Shown: positions 17,906-28,159, numbered from the stretch's first letter. The stretch: DNA of 64,000 bases from an uncultured Planctomycetia bacterium (GCA_964489445.1 CAZAYU010000005.1:4799-68798), one strand, 5' to 3'. Translations and numbers: made by a program. The notes: generated by a model not told the origin, from the letters alone.

Positions 17906-18948
17906 TTTCCCTTACTAAACCACCCAGTATGTAAGTAATTCATCACCAAAGTCGTAACATATGCGGAAATTTCCAACATTACTAACGCCTCATCTTTTTC
18001 GCTTCCCAAAGAAAGCGCTTTGGAGCGACGAATAATATTATCCAGCAAATCGCTAATAGTATATTTTTTTTCTCCAGTCCACTTAGCGATATTATTTAAA
18101 ATATCTTTTTTTCGGCGCTTTAAAATGTCAGCTGCTAAATTCTTGCCTTTATCCTTGTCAGACAAACTTTTTTCCTCTAGAGGGGAAAATATTCTTTTTA
18201 AGTTAGAATCATGAAAATCAGGAAACTCCTCCGCATAAGAACGACGTTTTTTCTTGTAGAAATTATTAAGTGTAGCCTTAATCTGTGACGCCTGCCAGTA
18301 TTTTTTTCCTTTACTTACCATCGGCGGCTTTATTTTTATCTCCTGCATCAATTCATCCACATATTTTAGTTTGTCTATTGCTTTCCAGCCTCGATATTGT
18401 TTTTCCCAATTTAGGCCTGGCGTAAGCCAAACCGAAAATGTTTCGGCAAAGTCTTCATCCGGATGGTATTGTGCGTAATAATCCTCCAAATGTCTGACAA
18501 AGCTTTTGCTGTAAGGCCGAAAGCGATAAGTGTCCTCATATTCCTTCGAAAATTCACCAAAAACACTTTTCCACTTTTTTCTTCGGTAAAATTTGTAGGC
18601 ATAATTTAAAGCGTGCCCAGCTTCATGCCTTAATAGCTTCATGCACCAGGAACGCGTTCCTCCTTCCACTTCCAAAATCATTTTTCTTTCTAATTTCATG
18701 AGCGTCGGGTCAGATAAAAAAAAAGCAATCCCCACAACCGGTTCTTTATCTGGAGTTAGCCACTCATCAGCTAAATAGCACTCTGGTTTAAAATTAATTC
18801 CTTTGCTTTCTAGGTTGTTATACAATTCTTCTACACAGCTTTTTAGCCAACTGCCTTCTATCGATAGCGGTAAATCACAAACTCGTAAGTTCATCAATTC
18901 TTCTTCGGAAAGCTTCGCTAAATCAATTTTTTCCTTAGTTTTAACCAT
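17902..18948 (-). CDS. HExxH zinc metallopeptidase (zincin), possibly MtfA/M90-like.
   Basis: LLRHEAGHALNY supplies the HExxH. A candidate third ligand lies in HPDEDFAETF about 58 aa downstream. There is a Lys/Arg-rich central segment. A 4-bp overlap with the ATP-grasp gene indicates translational coupling. Confidence 0.5.
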   Translation of the reverse strand: MVKTKEKIDLAKLSEEELMNLRVCDLPLSIEGSWLKSCVEELYNNLESKGINFKPECYLADEWLTPDKEPVVGIAFFLSDPTLMKLERKMILEVEGGTRSWCMKLLRHEAGHALNYAYKFYRRKKWKSVFGEFSKEYEDTYRFRPYSKSFVRHLEDYYAQYHPDEDFAETFSVWLTPGLNWEKQYRGWKAIDKLKYVDELMQEIKIKPPMVSKGKKYWQASQIKATLNNFYKKKRRSYAEEFPDFHDSNLKRIFSPLEEKSLSDKDKGKNLAADILKRRKKDILNNIAKWTGEKKYTISDLLDNIIRRSKALSLGSEKDEALVMLEISAYVTTLVMNYLHTGWFSKGK

Positions 18949-19004
18949 TCTGTTGACTGTTTACAAACAATTTTTTATTTTTCCCGGAATAGTAATACGG
19001 AAAT

Positions 19005-19616
19005 CTATTTAGATATTTCACTAGTTAACTCAACACAATCAAAATAATAAACACCTTTTCCCGGAAGCCGAGGCTCAAATTGAAAGCTCAACAGAGGAAA
19101 TTCTAACACTTCATCATTAACTGCTGCCTCCGGCTGCCAATCGTTGCGCGGGAAAAAAAGAGTAAACGGACAAATAATTCTTTTCCATCCTTCAAAATCA
19201 TCATCAAGCAAAAAACGCCATAGCTCTCCTTGATTATCCTTAATATCAAAAGCGATAACACCCCCTGAATTGCTACCATACATCTCCAAGGCAATACTGT
19301 TATATCTTTTCCAGTTGATCTCCTCTGGATTAACTAGCCAAGCAGCAGCACCGGGAATGTCAAGCCCATAACCTCTAGCTACCCACATATATCCTGATGG
19401 TTTAAGGTTGTAATCTAACTTCAAGGATTGGTTTCCACAGAATTTTATAGTACCATCGGCTTTAACTACTAACGATGATCCTCCTCCGGACCCAAAATCA
19501 ACTGTTTCTGGGCTTATTTCCTGTTCAAAACTATCTATCAATAACACTCGAGGAGAGTTACTACATCCGCAAGAGAAAAAAAGACATATCACAATACACA
19601 AATAAGTTCTATTCAT
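19005..19616 (-). CDS. Lipoprotein with a beta-sandwich (CBM11/CIA30-like) domain; hypothetical.
   Basis: Lipobox ...FFSCGC followed by a Trp/Gly-rich region. Function is not assigned. Confidence 0.4.
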   Translation of the reverse strand: MNRTYLCIVICLFFSCGCSNSPRVLLIDSFEQEISPETVDFGSGGGSSLVVKADGTIKFCGNQSLKLDYNLKPSGYMWVARGYGLDIPGAAAWLVNPEEINWKRYNSIALEMYGSNSGGVIAFDIKDNQGELWRFLLDDDFEGWKRIICPFTLFFPRNDWQPEAAVNDEVLEFPLLSFQFEPRLPGKGVYYFDCVELTSEISK

Positions 19617-19728
19617 TTTACTCCTTTTTTTTAAACTTCTTAATGCTTGCCATTACTATACATTCTGGATGATTCAGAAAACATGGAAATAGCATAATAT
19701 CATAAGAGAATCTTTCGGTCAAACAGAC

Positions 19729-20790
19729 TCAATTGGGCTTACAAACAGATGTAACATCCTTCCGAGCAATTATTCCCCCACCCAATAAAAAGTCGCCCAC
19801 ATAAAATGCAGCAATTTGTCCTGGAGTTACCGCCTCTACCATCTTATCTAAAAATACTGCGGTCTGTAGCCCTTCTGCCTTAATCTTGCAGTTGTAAGTT
19901 GAGGAATTATAACGTAACCGCACAGTAATATGATTTGCCTCTGCCGGATCAAAAAACCAGTTAACGGAATTTACTATGAAACTATCAGTATAAAGAAATT
20001 CTCTTTCTCCAACAATAATGACCTTATTTCTTGGGTTAATATCAACAACATAAAGTGGCTTTGGCCAAGAAATTCCTAATCCGGCTCTTTGACCATACGT
20101 GTACCGATAAATTCCCATATGCCTTCCAATTTTCTTCCCGCTAACGTGCAGAATGTCTCCCGTATATTGATAGCTATCTATTACGTTTGCTTCAATAAAT
20201 TCCGAATAACAAGAATTTTTGACAAAGCAAACATCCTGACTTTCTTTTTGGAAACTGCGAAATATTTTCTGTTCAATGCCCATTGTCTTAACTTCCTGCT
20301 TGGTTAATTCGCCCAAAGGAAACACGACATTATTAAACACTTTTTGAGGAACTAGAGCAAAAAAGTATTCTTGTGATTTTTTTTTATCTTTAGCCTGACG
20401 AATAAGAATACTACTATTTTTTTTAACTAACCGAGCATAATGTCCAGTAGCTAGACAATCAATGCCCATCGCTTTTACTTTATCTAACAAAAATCCAAAT
20501 TTTATTCGAAGATTACAGAAAGTACAAGGGTTAGGTGTAAGTCCCTCAAGGTAAGATTTAATGAAATAGTTGACGACCTGCTTTTTAAACAAATCCTGGA
20601 TATCGAGAGTATGGTGATTGATCTTTAAAAAATCACAAATTCTTTTCGCTTGAATTACTCCCTGGTCATTACACCCTGAATACAATTTAAGTGTAAAGCC
20701 AGTAACCTGCCAGCCTTTCTTTTTTAAAATATATGCGGCCAATCCTGAGTCTGCGCCCCCGCTTAATGCCAACGCGATTTTTTTCTTCAT
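19729..20790 (-). CDS. mnmA: tRNA-specific 2-thiouridylase MnmA.
   Basis: PP-loop IALALSGGADS, conserved Cys residues, and MnmA-type length and C-terminal domain. Confidence 0.85.
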   Translation of the reverse strand: MKKKIALALSGGADSGLAAYILKKKGWQVTGFTLKLYSGCNDQGVIQAKRICDFLKINHHTLDIQDLFKKQVVNYFIKSYLEGLTPNPCTFCNLRIKFGFLLDKVKAMGIDCLATGHYARLVKKNSSILIRQAKDKKKSQEYFFALVPQKVFNNVVFPLGELTKQEVKTMGIEQKIFRSFQKESQDVCFVKNSCYSEFIEANVIDSYQYTGDILHVSGKKIGRHMGIYRYTYGQRAGLGISWPKPLYVVDINPRNKVIIVGEREFLYTDSFIVNSVNWFFDPAEANHITVRLRYNSSTYNCKIKAEGLQTAVFLDKMVEAVTPGQIAAFYVGDFLLGGGIIARKDVTSVCKPN

Positions 20791-20842
20791 TTATGAACGT
20801 AAAAAACGATGAAATCGATTTATTTTTTTAAAAAAATCCAAA

Positions 20843-21835
20843 CTAAACATATTTAACCATACGCTCTAAGGCAATCTTCGCTTTTTTACTTACTTCAAGG
20901 TCTACTTCTATTTGGTGAATATCCTTATCTAGCGAATCGTAAAGACTTTCTAACGTAATCTTTTTCATATCCTGGCAAATTTTAGGAAAACCTATGGAGT
21001 AAAACTTCTTCTGAGGATTTTCTTTTTCTAGACGATATATCATCCCTTCTTCCGTTCCCACAATAAACTCTTTAATGTCAGAATCATGAGCGATGTTCAA
21101 CATTCCAGCAGTAGAACAGACATAGTCAGAAACATTTAGCACCTCCATTCTGCACTCAGGATGCACCATTACTTTTGCATGCGAGTATTTTTGTTTCGTT
21201 TGGATTAAATCATCCAGTGAAAAAATATCGTGTACAGGACAAAACCCTGGCCAACGGATTATTTTTTTCTCCGGAACATTACTCTCTACCCAACTAGCTA
21301 AATTGCGATCCGGAACAAAAATTATTTCCTCTTTCGGCGCTTTACGAACCACACTAACAGCATTGCTAGAAGTGCAGCAAACATCGCTCAACGCCTTTAC
21401 ACTTGCAGATGTGTTTACATAGCTAACCACCCAGGAGTCAGGGTATTTTTCCTTTAGCTTAACAAGATCGTCAGGCTCTGCCATGTCAGCTAATGGACAT
21501 CCAGCATCAATTACCGGCAAAATAATTTTTTTATTCGGGGAAAGAATTTTAGCAGTTTCAGCCATAAACTTTACCCCGCAAATAACTATAGTCTCCGCAT
21601 CTAATTCTCTGGATATTTTAGCCAGTTCTAAGGAATCACCCTTGTAGTCCGCTAACTCCTGAACCTCCGGAATCTGGTAATTATGAGCAAGGAATACTGC
21701 TTTGCGTTTTTTCTTTAGATTGATAATGTCTTGGGTTAAATTTATTTTTTCTGTGTTCATTGTGCCCTTTTGTTTATGATGGTTGTAGTTCTTTTTCTTT
21801 CCAAACAAATACTTTATCATTTCGCCGAGCAACAA
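20843..21835 (-). CDS. nadA: Quinolinate synthase NadA.
   Basis: MVHPEC, FCPVHD and the three-repeat NadA architecture. The true start is probably the internal Met (MNTEKIN, near 21760), because the annotated 5' end overlaps the U32 peptidase gene. Confidence 0.85.
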   Translation of the reverse strand: MLLGEMIKYLFGKKKNYNHHKQKGTMNTEKINLTQDIINLKKKRKAVFLAHNYQIPEVQELADYKGDSLELAKISRELDAETIVICGVKFMAETAKILSPNKKIILPVIDAGCPLADMAEPDDLVKLKEKYPDSWVVSYVNTSASVKALSDVCCTSSNAVSVVRKAPKEEIIFVPDRNLASWVESNVPEKKIIRWPGFCPVHDIFSLDDLIQTKQKYSHAKVMVHPECRMEVLNVSDYVCSTAGMLNIAHDSDIKEFIVGTEEGMIYRLEKENPQKKFYSIGFPKICQDMKKITLESLYDSLDKDIHQIEVDLEVSKKAKIALERMVKYV

Positions 21836-23024
21836 ACGGTAGTTTGACTCCTCCTGTATTGCCTCGCTCTAGACTATCAACAAATTTATGTTCTATCTGC
21901 AAATCACTGACAACAGCAAAAGAAGCCGGAGTATTTTTTCCCACACATAAAACTTGATCTCCCTTCTTAAGCCCTCTATTTCTCACTTTAACCTCAGCAA
22001 CATTTATCTTCTTGTAAAACTTCACGACTTCACCGATATATATTTTCTCGTATTCACTTTCTAACCGCCGGCTGATTGCCTTTGTTGGCTTACCTAAAAA
22101 AAACCCGCTGGAAAATCCCCGGTTATACACTGCCTTTAGCCTAGACTTCAATTCTTTTTTCAGTTGGCCATTAAGTGTGCCTTTAAAATAAGCATCAATC
22201 GCATTCCGATACACAGAAGTTACCACTTTTACATATTCCGGAGAACGAATTCTTCCTTCAATTTTAAAAGAAGTTATTTTTGCCTCTATTAGCTTATCAA
22301 TAAAATCAATAGTACATAAATCTTTAGGACTCAAAATATAATCTTCACCCATTATGTATTGGCACTCATCCTCTTTGTCGGAGATAAAGTATTCTCGCCG
22401 ACACGGTTGTAAACACTCACCACGATTGGCTGATTTTGAAAACGAATATTCAGACAAAAAACACCTTCCCGAAATACTTATACACATTGCCCCGTGGATA
22501 AACGTTTCTATCTGACAGCTAGTTCCATCTCTTTCCATCTCTTGAATTAAGGTCTTGATATCGCCAAGACAACACTCCCTTGCTAAAACCACACGTTTTG
22601 CACCTAAGGCTGAGTAGTGTCTTAGCGCTTCAATATTTGCAGTGCTAGCTTGTGTAGAAAGATGAATTTTTAACCCCAGCTCTTTAGCTAGAGAAAAAAC
22701 ACCCATATCCCATAAAATTACTGCGTCCACACCAGCGCATTTAGCTTCATTTAGAATAGTTTTAATCTTTTCTATTTCGTGATTGTAAACAATTACGTTT
22801 AGAGCTAAATAACCCTTTTTCTGATGTTTGTGTAGTGTCTGAATTATTTTTTTTAACTCTAAAATATCAAAATTGACCGCAAAGTTACGCATGCTCAGCC
22901 CTTTCAACCCAAAATAAACACCATCGGCCCCTGCACTTATCGCGCTATGCAATGAGTCCCAATCTCCCGCCGGAGCAATTAACTCTGGTTTTTCCAAGTG
23001 TTGAATATTATTTTCACTAAACAT
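21774..23024 (-). CDS. Peptidase U32 family protein (PrtC-like).
   Basis: PELIAPAGDWDSLHSAISAGADGVYFGLK is an N-terminal U32 signature. The C-terminal domain is conserved. Confidence 0.85.
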   Translation of the reverse strand: MFSENNIQHLEKPELIAPAGDWDSLHSAISAGADGVYFGLKGLSMRNFAVNFDILELKKIIQTLHKHQKKGYLALNVIVYNHEIEKIKTILNEAKCAGVDAVILWDMGVFSLAKELGLKIHLSTQASTANIEALRHYSALGAKRVVLARECCLGDIKTLIQEMERDGTSCQIETFIHGAMCISISGRCFLSEYSFSKSANRGECLQPCRREYFISDKEDECQYIMGEDYILSPKDLCTIDFIDKLIEAKITSFKIEGRIRSPEYVKVVTSVYRNAIDAYFKGTLNGQLKKELKSRLKAVYNRGFSSGFFLGKPTKAISRRLESEYEKIYIGEVVKFYKKINVAEVKVRNRGLKKGDQVLCVGKNTPASFAVVSDLQIEHKFVDSLERGNTGGVKLPFVARRNDKVFVWKEKELQPS

Positions 23025-23042
23025 TAAATAATCGGTTGATTG

Positions 23043-23522
23043 CTAGGATACTTTCTTGATTTCATAGCGTAATGTTCCCGCTGGTACGCTTATCTTGATG
23101 ATATCTTTTTCTTGATGGCCCAATAATGATTTACCTACCGGAGACACCACAGAGATAAGCCCTTTTAAGGCATCTGCCTCATCTTGGCCTACTAATGTGT
23201 ACTCTATTTCATCTTCCGTGTCCAAATCTACCAAAGTTACCTTGGCGCCAATATATGCTTTTCCTTGCTCTGTTTTTACATTTTCAATAATCTCTACCCG
23301 ACTCAATTTATCTTCAAGCTCTCTTATTTTTTTTTCGTTGTACGACATCGCTTCTTTTGCTGCATGATATTCAGCATTCTCCTTCAAATCTCCCAGAGCA
23401 CGAGCACACTCAATAGCTGAAGATATCTCTCTACGCTTTACATTTCTTAGCTGTTCAAGCTCTAGCGTTAAACGCTCATACCCTTTTTGAGTTAAATACA
23501 CCCTATCCATGTTACCTCCCAC
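23043..23522 (-). CDS. greA: Transcription elongation factor GreA.
   Basis: GDLKENAEYHAAKE is the GreA coiled-coil signature, followed by a C-terminal FKBP-like domain. Confidence 0.9.
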   Translation of the reverse strand: MGGNMDRVYLTQKGYERLTLELEQLRNVKRREISSAIECARALGDLKENAEYHAAKEAMSYNEKKIRELEDKLSRVEIIENVKTEQGKAYIGAKVTLVDLDTEDEIEYTLVGQDEADALKGLISVVSPVGKSLLGHQEKDIIKISVPAGTLRYEIKKVS

Positions 23523-23547
23523 TATTTAAATATTTTTTAGAATTACA

Positions 23548-25065
23548 TTACACAACAAAAAGCGACTTCGTAGAGAAACTGGGATCACTGGTAAGATTTA
23601 CCCCTAATTGCCGTAAACCAGACTCATCTCCTGGTGTAGGAATATGGGTCGTGTGCACTTCACATCCTCCCAACTCCTTTAGCTTGTCTAATGCCAACTG
23701 AGCAGTTGGATTAGTGGTTGCACTAATGCTTAAGGCAATCAATGCTTCTTCAAGATTTAAGCTTATTGTTTTAACTCCGGAAAGGCTAGTTTTTAATTTT
23801 CCTATTGAATCAATAATTACCGGCGACAACAAATGAATTTTATCGGGAATTCCCGCTAATTTTTTTATAGCGTTAAGGATTAAGCTAGATATGGCATGCA
23901 TTAGCTTTGAATTTTTTCCGGTAATAACTGTTCCATCCTCTAGCATAATTGCTGCCCCGCAAAATACTCCTTGATTGCCTTTATTCTGTTCTTTGGCCTC
24001 TCTTTGAGCTTTTCTTGCTGGTTCAACAACACCTCTACCCTCTAGATGAAGACCGAGCTCTTCCATAAGTAATTTTGCCCGATCCACCGTATCCTTATCT
24101 GTTAATCCCATCAAATATTCGCATTGATAGCGAAAGCACCTTCGGATAACTTCCTGTTTAGCTTCCTCTCTGACTTTTTCATCGTCAACTATGCCAAAAC
24201 CAGCTCGATTAACACCCATGTCTGTAGGCGATTTATATATTGATTCTGCCTGGGTTATTTTCTCTAATATCCTCTTAAGAACCGGAAATATTTCAACATC
24301 ACGATTATAGTTGATTGTTGCTTTCTGGTATGCTTCCAGATGAAATGGATCGATGAGGTTAAAATCTTTAATGTCCGCAGTTGCTGCTTCGTAAGCCACA
24401 TTTACCGGATGTTTAAGCGGTATACTCCAAATCGGAAATGTCTCAAACTTAGCATACCCACTTTTTTGTCCATTAATGTAATCATGGTACATTTGGGAAA
24501 GACAAGTTGCTAATTTTCCACTTCCCGGGCCAGGACCGGTAACAATAACTAATGGTTTATCAGTTTTTATGTACTTATTCGCACCATACCCTTCTTTACT
24601 GACAATTGTGTCTATGTCTGTAGGGTAGCCTTTGGTAAAATGATGGGTATAAACTAGCACATTGCGACGTTCCAGCTTATTCTTAAAAATTATTGCTGCC
24701 GGCTGGTTTTCAAATCGCGTTATTACAACTGCTCGAACATCAATCCCCCACCCTCTTAAATCATCAATTAATTTTAAGGCATCTACATCATAGGTAATTC
24801 CAAAGTCAGCACGCACTTTTCTTCGTTCAATGTCTCCAGCATAAATACATAGAATTATATCTGCCCGGTCTTTTAGATGCTGAAGAAGGCGCATTTTTAC
24901 ATTCGGATCAAAGCCTGGTAACACCCTTGATGCATGATAATCAAAGAGCAGTTTTCCGCCAAATTCTAAGTATAATTTATTGTTAAATTTTCCTACTCGC
25001 TCTAATATCGCTTGAGTTTGTTCTTTTAGATATTTTTCATTATCAAAGCCTGTTTTTTTTGACAT
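23548..25065 (-). CDS. Conserved ~500-aa protein, probably of the UPF0371/DUF1846 family.
   Basis: Length and the N-terminal [11 protein letters not shown]...ILERV pattern recalled for UPF0371. Not verifiable here. Confidence 0.4.
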   Translation of the reverse strand: MSKKTGFDNEKYLKEQTQAILERVGKFNNKLYLEFGGKLLFDYHASRVLPGFDPNVKMRLLQHLKDRADIILCIYAGDIERRKVRADFGITYDVDALKLIDDLRGWGIDVRAVVITRFENQPAAIIFKNKLERRNVLVYTHHFTKGYPTDIDTIVSKEGYGANKYIKTDKPLVIVTGPGPGSGKLATCLSQMYHDYINGQKSGYAKFETFPIWSIPLKHPVNVAYEAATADIKDFNLIDPFHLEAYQKATINYNRDVEIFPVLKRILEKITQAESIYKSPTDMGVNRAGFGIVDDEKVREEAKQEVIRRCFRYQCEYLMGLTDKDTVDRAKLLMEELGLHLEGRGVVEPARKAQREAKEQNKGNQGVFCGAAIMLEDGTVITGKNSKLMHAISSLILNAIKKLAGIPDKIHLLSPVIIDSIGKLKTSLSGVKTISLNLEEALIALSISATTNPTAQLALDKLKELGGCEVHTTHIPTPGDESGLRQLGVNLTSDPSFSTKSLFVV

Positions 25066-25109
25066 GTTAACCTCGCTATCTATTTTCTTGCCATAAGTAA
25101 TATTAGCTG

Positions 25110-25814
25110 CTACTTTCGTATTTCACTAGAGAGAATAATTGCTTCAGCAATCTCTTTCATCGGCACCCGTTTATCCATACTAGAGCGTCGTATTAATCTA
25201 TATGCCTCATCTTCAGTGGTCTTTTGCTCTTTCATTAATATTCCTTTGGCCTTTTCAATTTTTTTTCTTGCCTCTAGTTCCTCCTGAATTACCCGGGTTT
25301 TTACTATTAATTCAGTATTTTCGATTGCTACGGCTGCCTGATTAGCCACAGTGCTTAACAGGTCTACGTCACCACTTGTAAAATTGTAAGACTCGGTAGT
25401 ATAACAATTAATTACTCCAATCACTTTTTTTCTAACCATCATTGGCACACTCAACATCGAGGACAAATTTTCTTTTTTTGCTAATTTTTTTTCTTGATAC
25501 CGGCTATCGCTTAAAACATCATCAATGATTATATATTTCTTTTCCTTAGCAACTAACCCAACTATCCCCTCTCCAAGCTTAATACTTCGCTCCTTTAAGT
25601 ATTCACTACTCATTGCCTGAGTAGCTCTTATTTTTAATTCTTTTTTATTAACATCAAGAAGCCATAAGGCGCAGATTTTTGCCTTCATGACATTTGCGGT
25701 AAGCGTGACTATTAGCCTCAGGACATCTTCTAGGTATAGTTCACTAGTTATTGCCTTGCTAATTTTACTTAAAGCACCAATATATGCTTTATACGAAGAC
25801 CTTTTCACAGCCAT
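25110..25814 (-). CDS. GAF-ANTAR RNA-binding antitermination regulator.
   Basis: N-terminal GAF-like domain and C-terminal ANTAR ([50 protein letters not shown]). It lies immediately downstream of glnA. Confidence 0.75.
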   Translation of the reverse strand: MAVKRSSYKAYIGALSKISKAITSELYLEDVLRLIVTLTANVMKAKICALWLLDVNKKELKIRATQAMSSEYLKERSIKLGEGIVGLVAKEKKYIIIDDVLSDSRYQEKKLAKKENLSSMLSVPMMVRKKVIGVINCYTTESYNFTSGDVDLLSTVANQAAVAIENTELIVKTRVIQEELEARKKIEKAKGILMKEQKTTEDEAYRLIRRSSMDKRVPMKEIAEAIILSSEIRK

Positions 25815-25827
25815 AAAATAAAAGTGG

Positions 25828-27147
25828 TTAGAGTATTGCTAAATATTTATCTAACTCGTATTTAGTTATCTGCCTCTTATATTCATTCCATTCGGCTTTT
25901 TTATTGCGGATAAAAAACTCAAAAACTTTATTTCCTAAAGCCTTGCGAACCAAACTACTTTTTTCGGTTAGCTTAATAGCTTCCAGCAAATCATCAGGTA
26001 ATGAATCAATACCTGCCTTCTTTCTTTGCTGCTCACTCATCTTGTAAATATTATCAGTTACTTCTGTCGCCAAAGAATATTTATGTTTGATACCTTCTAA
26101 CCCGGCAGCTAACATTACTGAAAAAGCTAAATAAGGATTACACGCCGGATCAGGATTGCGCAGCTCAATTCTTGTTGAATTCTCTTTTCCAGGTTTATAT
26201 CCCGGAACGCGCACAAGGGCTGAACGATTTTTATGTGCCCATGAAATATACACCGGAGCTTCATAACCGGGAACAAGCCGCTTGTAGGAATTAACCCATT
26301 GACAACACACCGAACACATTTCCCGAGCATGTTTTAAAATTCCCGCCATAAAGTATTTGGCAGTTTTTGATAAATGATACTTATCCCGAGCATCAAAAAA
26401 AGAATTCTTCCCTCCGCGAAACAAAGACATATGTACGTGCATCCCACTTCCGTTTATTCCATATACCGGCTTTGGCATAAACGTCGCATAAAGATTATTT
26501 TGCATAGCCACTTCCTTAACTACCATCCGGTAGGTCATAACATTGTCCGCCATAGTCATTGCTTCCTTATATCGTAAATCTATTTCATGTTGGGAGGCAG
26601 CTACCTCATGATGCCAATATTCAACTTGGATACCCATCTTTTCCAACATAATTACTGTCTGCCGGCGCAAATCTTGCCCAATGTCCATGGGCGTTAAGTC
26701 AAAATAACCTCCCCGGTCTAAAATTTCCGTACCACCTTTATTGCGAAAATAAAAATATTCAGGCTCCGGGCCGATGTTAAATGTATAACCCATTTTTTTT
26801 GCTTCTTGCAGATTTCGTTTTAAAACGTAGCGAGGATCACCTTGAAAAGGCTTACCATTAGTATCTAACACCTCGCAAAACATTCTTGCTACAGGTTTGT
26901 CTTCTTTGATCCAAGGTATAATTTGAAAAGTATCAAGGATTGGTTTAACTATCATGTCGGACTCTTCAATGCGTGCAAAACCTTCCACTGAAGAACCATC
27001 AAAACCCATTCCGTCTTTTAAAGCTCCTTTTAATTCTCCAGCAGGAATGTCAAAACTTTTCAAAAATCCTAGAACATCAGTAAACCAAAGCCTAACAAAC
27101 CCTATTTTTTTACTGTTAATTATTTTCAATGCTTCTGTTTTTTTCAT
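25828..27147 (-). CDS. glnA: Glutamine synthetase type I (GSI-alpha-like, 439 aa).
   Basis: GS beta-grasp N-terminal domain (VRLWFTD) and the catalytic domain motifs. A GGAG ribosome-binding site lies upstream. Confidence 0.9.
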   Translation of the reverse strand: MKKTEALKIINSKKIGFVRLWFTDVLGFLKSFDIPAGELKGALKDGMGFDGSSVEGFARIEESDMIVKPILDTFQIIPWIKEDKPVARMFCEVLDTNGKPFQGDPRYVLKRNLQEAKKMGYTFNIGPEPEYFYFRNKGGTEILDRGGYFDLTPMDIGQDLRRQTVIMLEKMGIQVEYWHHEVAASQHEIDLRYKEAMTMADNVMTYRMVVKEVAMQNNLYATFMPKPVYGINGSGMHVHMSLFRGGKNSFFDARDKYHLSKTAKYFMAGILKHAREMCSVCCQWVNSYKRLVPGYEAPVYISWAHKNRSALVRVPGYKPGKENSTRIELRNPDPACNPYLAFSVMLAAGLEGIKHKYSLATEVTDNIYKMSEQQRKKAGIDSLPDDLLEAIKLTEKSSLVRKALGNKVFEFFIRNKKAEWNEYKRQITKYELDKYLAIL

Positions 27148-27365
27148 GTTACTCCTTTCTTGGATATACTGATCTTGGATATCTAAAATTACTAAAGTAG
27201 TATTTTAGCAGGGTCTTTTGTTAAATCAACAAAAACATTAAACTAGTTTTTTGACCTTATTTACACTATGATACTTGTTTTCTACAGAAAATACATCTGG
27301 CCATATATATCATATTGTGCGTTATGTAGATACGAAATATTTGTGGCTAGTAAAATAATAGAAGA

Positions 27366-27986
27366 TTACTGAAAGAAATTGTCAGACAGGTTAGATAACT
27401 TTCCGCTGTTCTTTTTATGAGAGCTTAAGGAAAAAACTCTCTTGTACCCGTACACACTAAAAAGATGCTTCTGCAACTCAGACAGCGATCTGGCTTTAGT
27501 CTTTTTTAATACAGAATTATCAATCCAACAGTACATATCTCTATCTTTGAATATACAAATAGCATGACCGCCATTTGCACCCTGCATAGCAATAATCTCT
27601 GGCTTGTAGCCAAACACGCGAAGCACAGCTTCGTTTAAGAATGCATAATCTTCGCAATCTCCCTGTTTTCGTATTAAGGTTTCCTCGGGAGATAACCACT
27701 CATCGCCATTTTTATCTTTAAAGTAATCAATATTATCAGCAACCCACTTCATGTAATCATTTAAGGAGTGAATATTGTTATTACTTAGTAAGTCCATTAT
27801 TTTCTTATCTATCGGCACAGGACGGCAAACATACACCCCATTATTCTGAAATGTTTCTTGACGAATAACAAATCGTCGGGGTAAATTCTCTAAAGAATAG
27901 CTATCCGGAGATGCCCAACAACTGCTTGAGATTGTCATTCCCCCAAGAAACGCTACAATTACAAGAATTTTTTTCATACTATGCAT
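27366..27986 (-). CDS. Transglutaminase-like cysteine protease superfamily lipoprotein.
   Basis: Signal or lipobox SSC, then QGDCEDYAFL...GGHAICIF...D, a Cys-His-Asp transglutaminase-like core. Confidence 0.6.
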   Translation of the reverse strand: MHSMKKILVIVAFLGGMTISSSCWASPDSYSLENLPRRFVIRQETFQNNGVYVCRPVPIDKKIMDLLSNNNIHSLNDYMKWVADNIDYFKDKNGDEWLSPEETLIRKQGDCEDYAFLNEAVLRVFGYKPEIIAMQGANGGHAICIFKDRDMYCWIDNSVLKKTKARSLSELQKHLFSVYGYKRVFSLSSHKKNSGKLSNLSDNFFQ

Positions 27987-27991
27987 ACCTA

Positions 27992-28111
27992 TAAAAAAAG
28001 CCGAGTTAACCTATTTCTGGTAACTCGGCTATCCTTTAAACCTAATAAATGTTAGCTTAAATCGGATCCGTAGCTTTGCGTCCTCATGTTACCATGAGTT
28101 TGCCTTTTTCG
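27992..28111 (-). ncRNA. Candidate small RNA, unit A: a conserved 48-nt 5' module and a GNRA-capped hairpin, ending in an intrinsic terminator.
   Basis: On the minus strand: CGAAAAAGGCAAA[CUCAUG-GUAA-CAUGAG]GACGCAAAGCUACGGAUCC ... AAGGAUAGCCGAGUUA-loop-UAACUCGGC-UUUUUUUAU. No ORF is present. Confidence 0.35.
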
Positions 28112-28159
28112 AATATATATCTTTTGTCAGAATTATCCCTGACCAAATTAATTTTTAAA

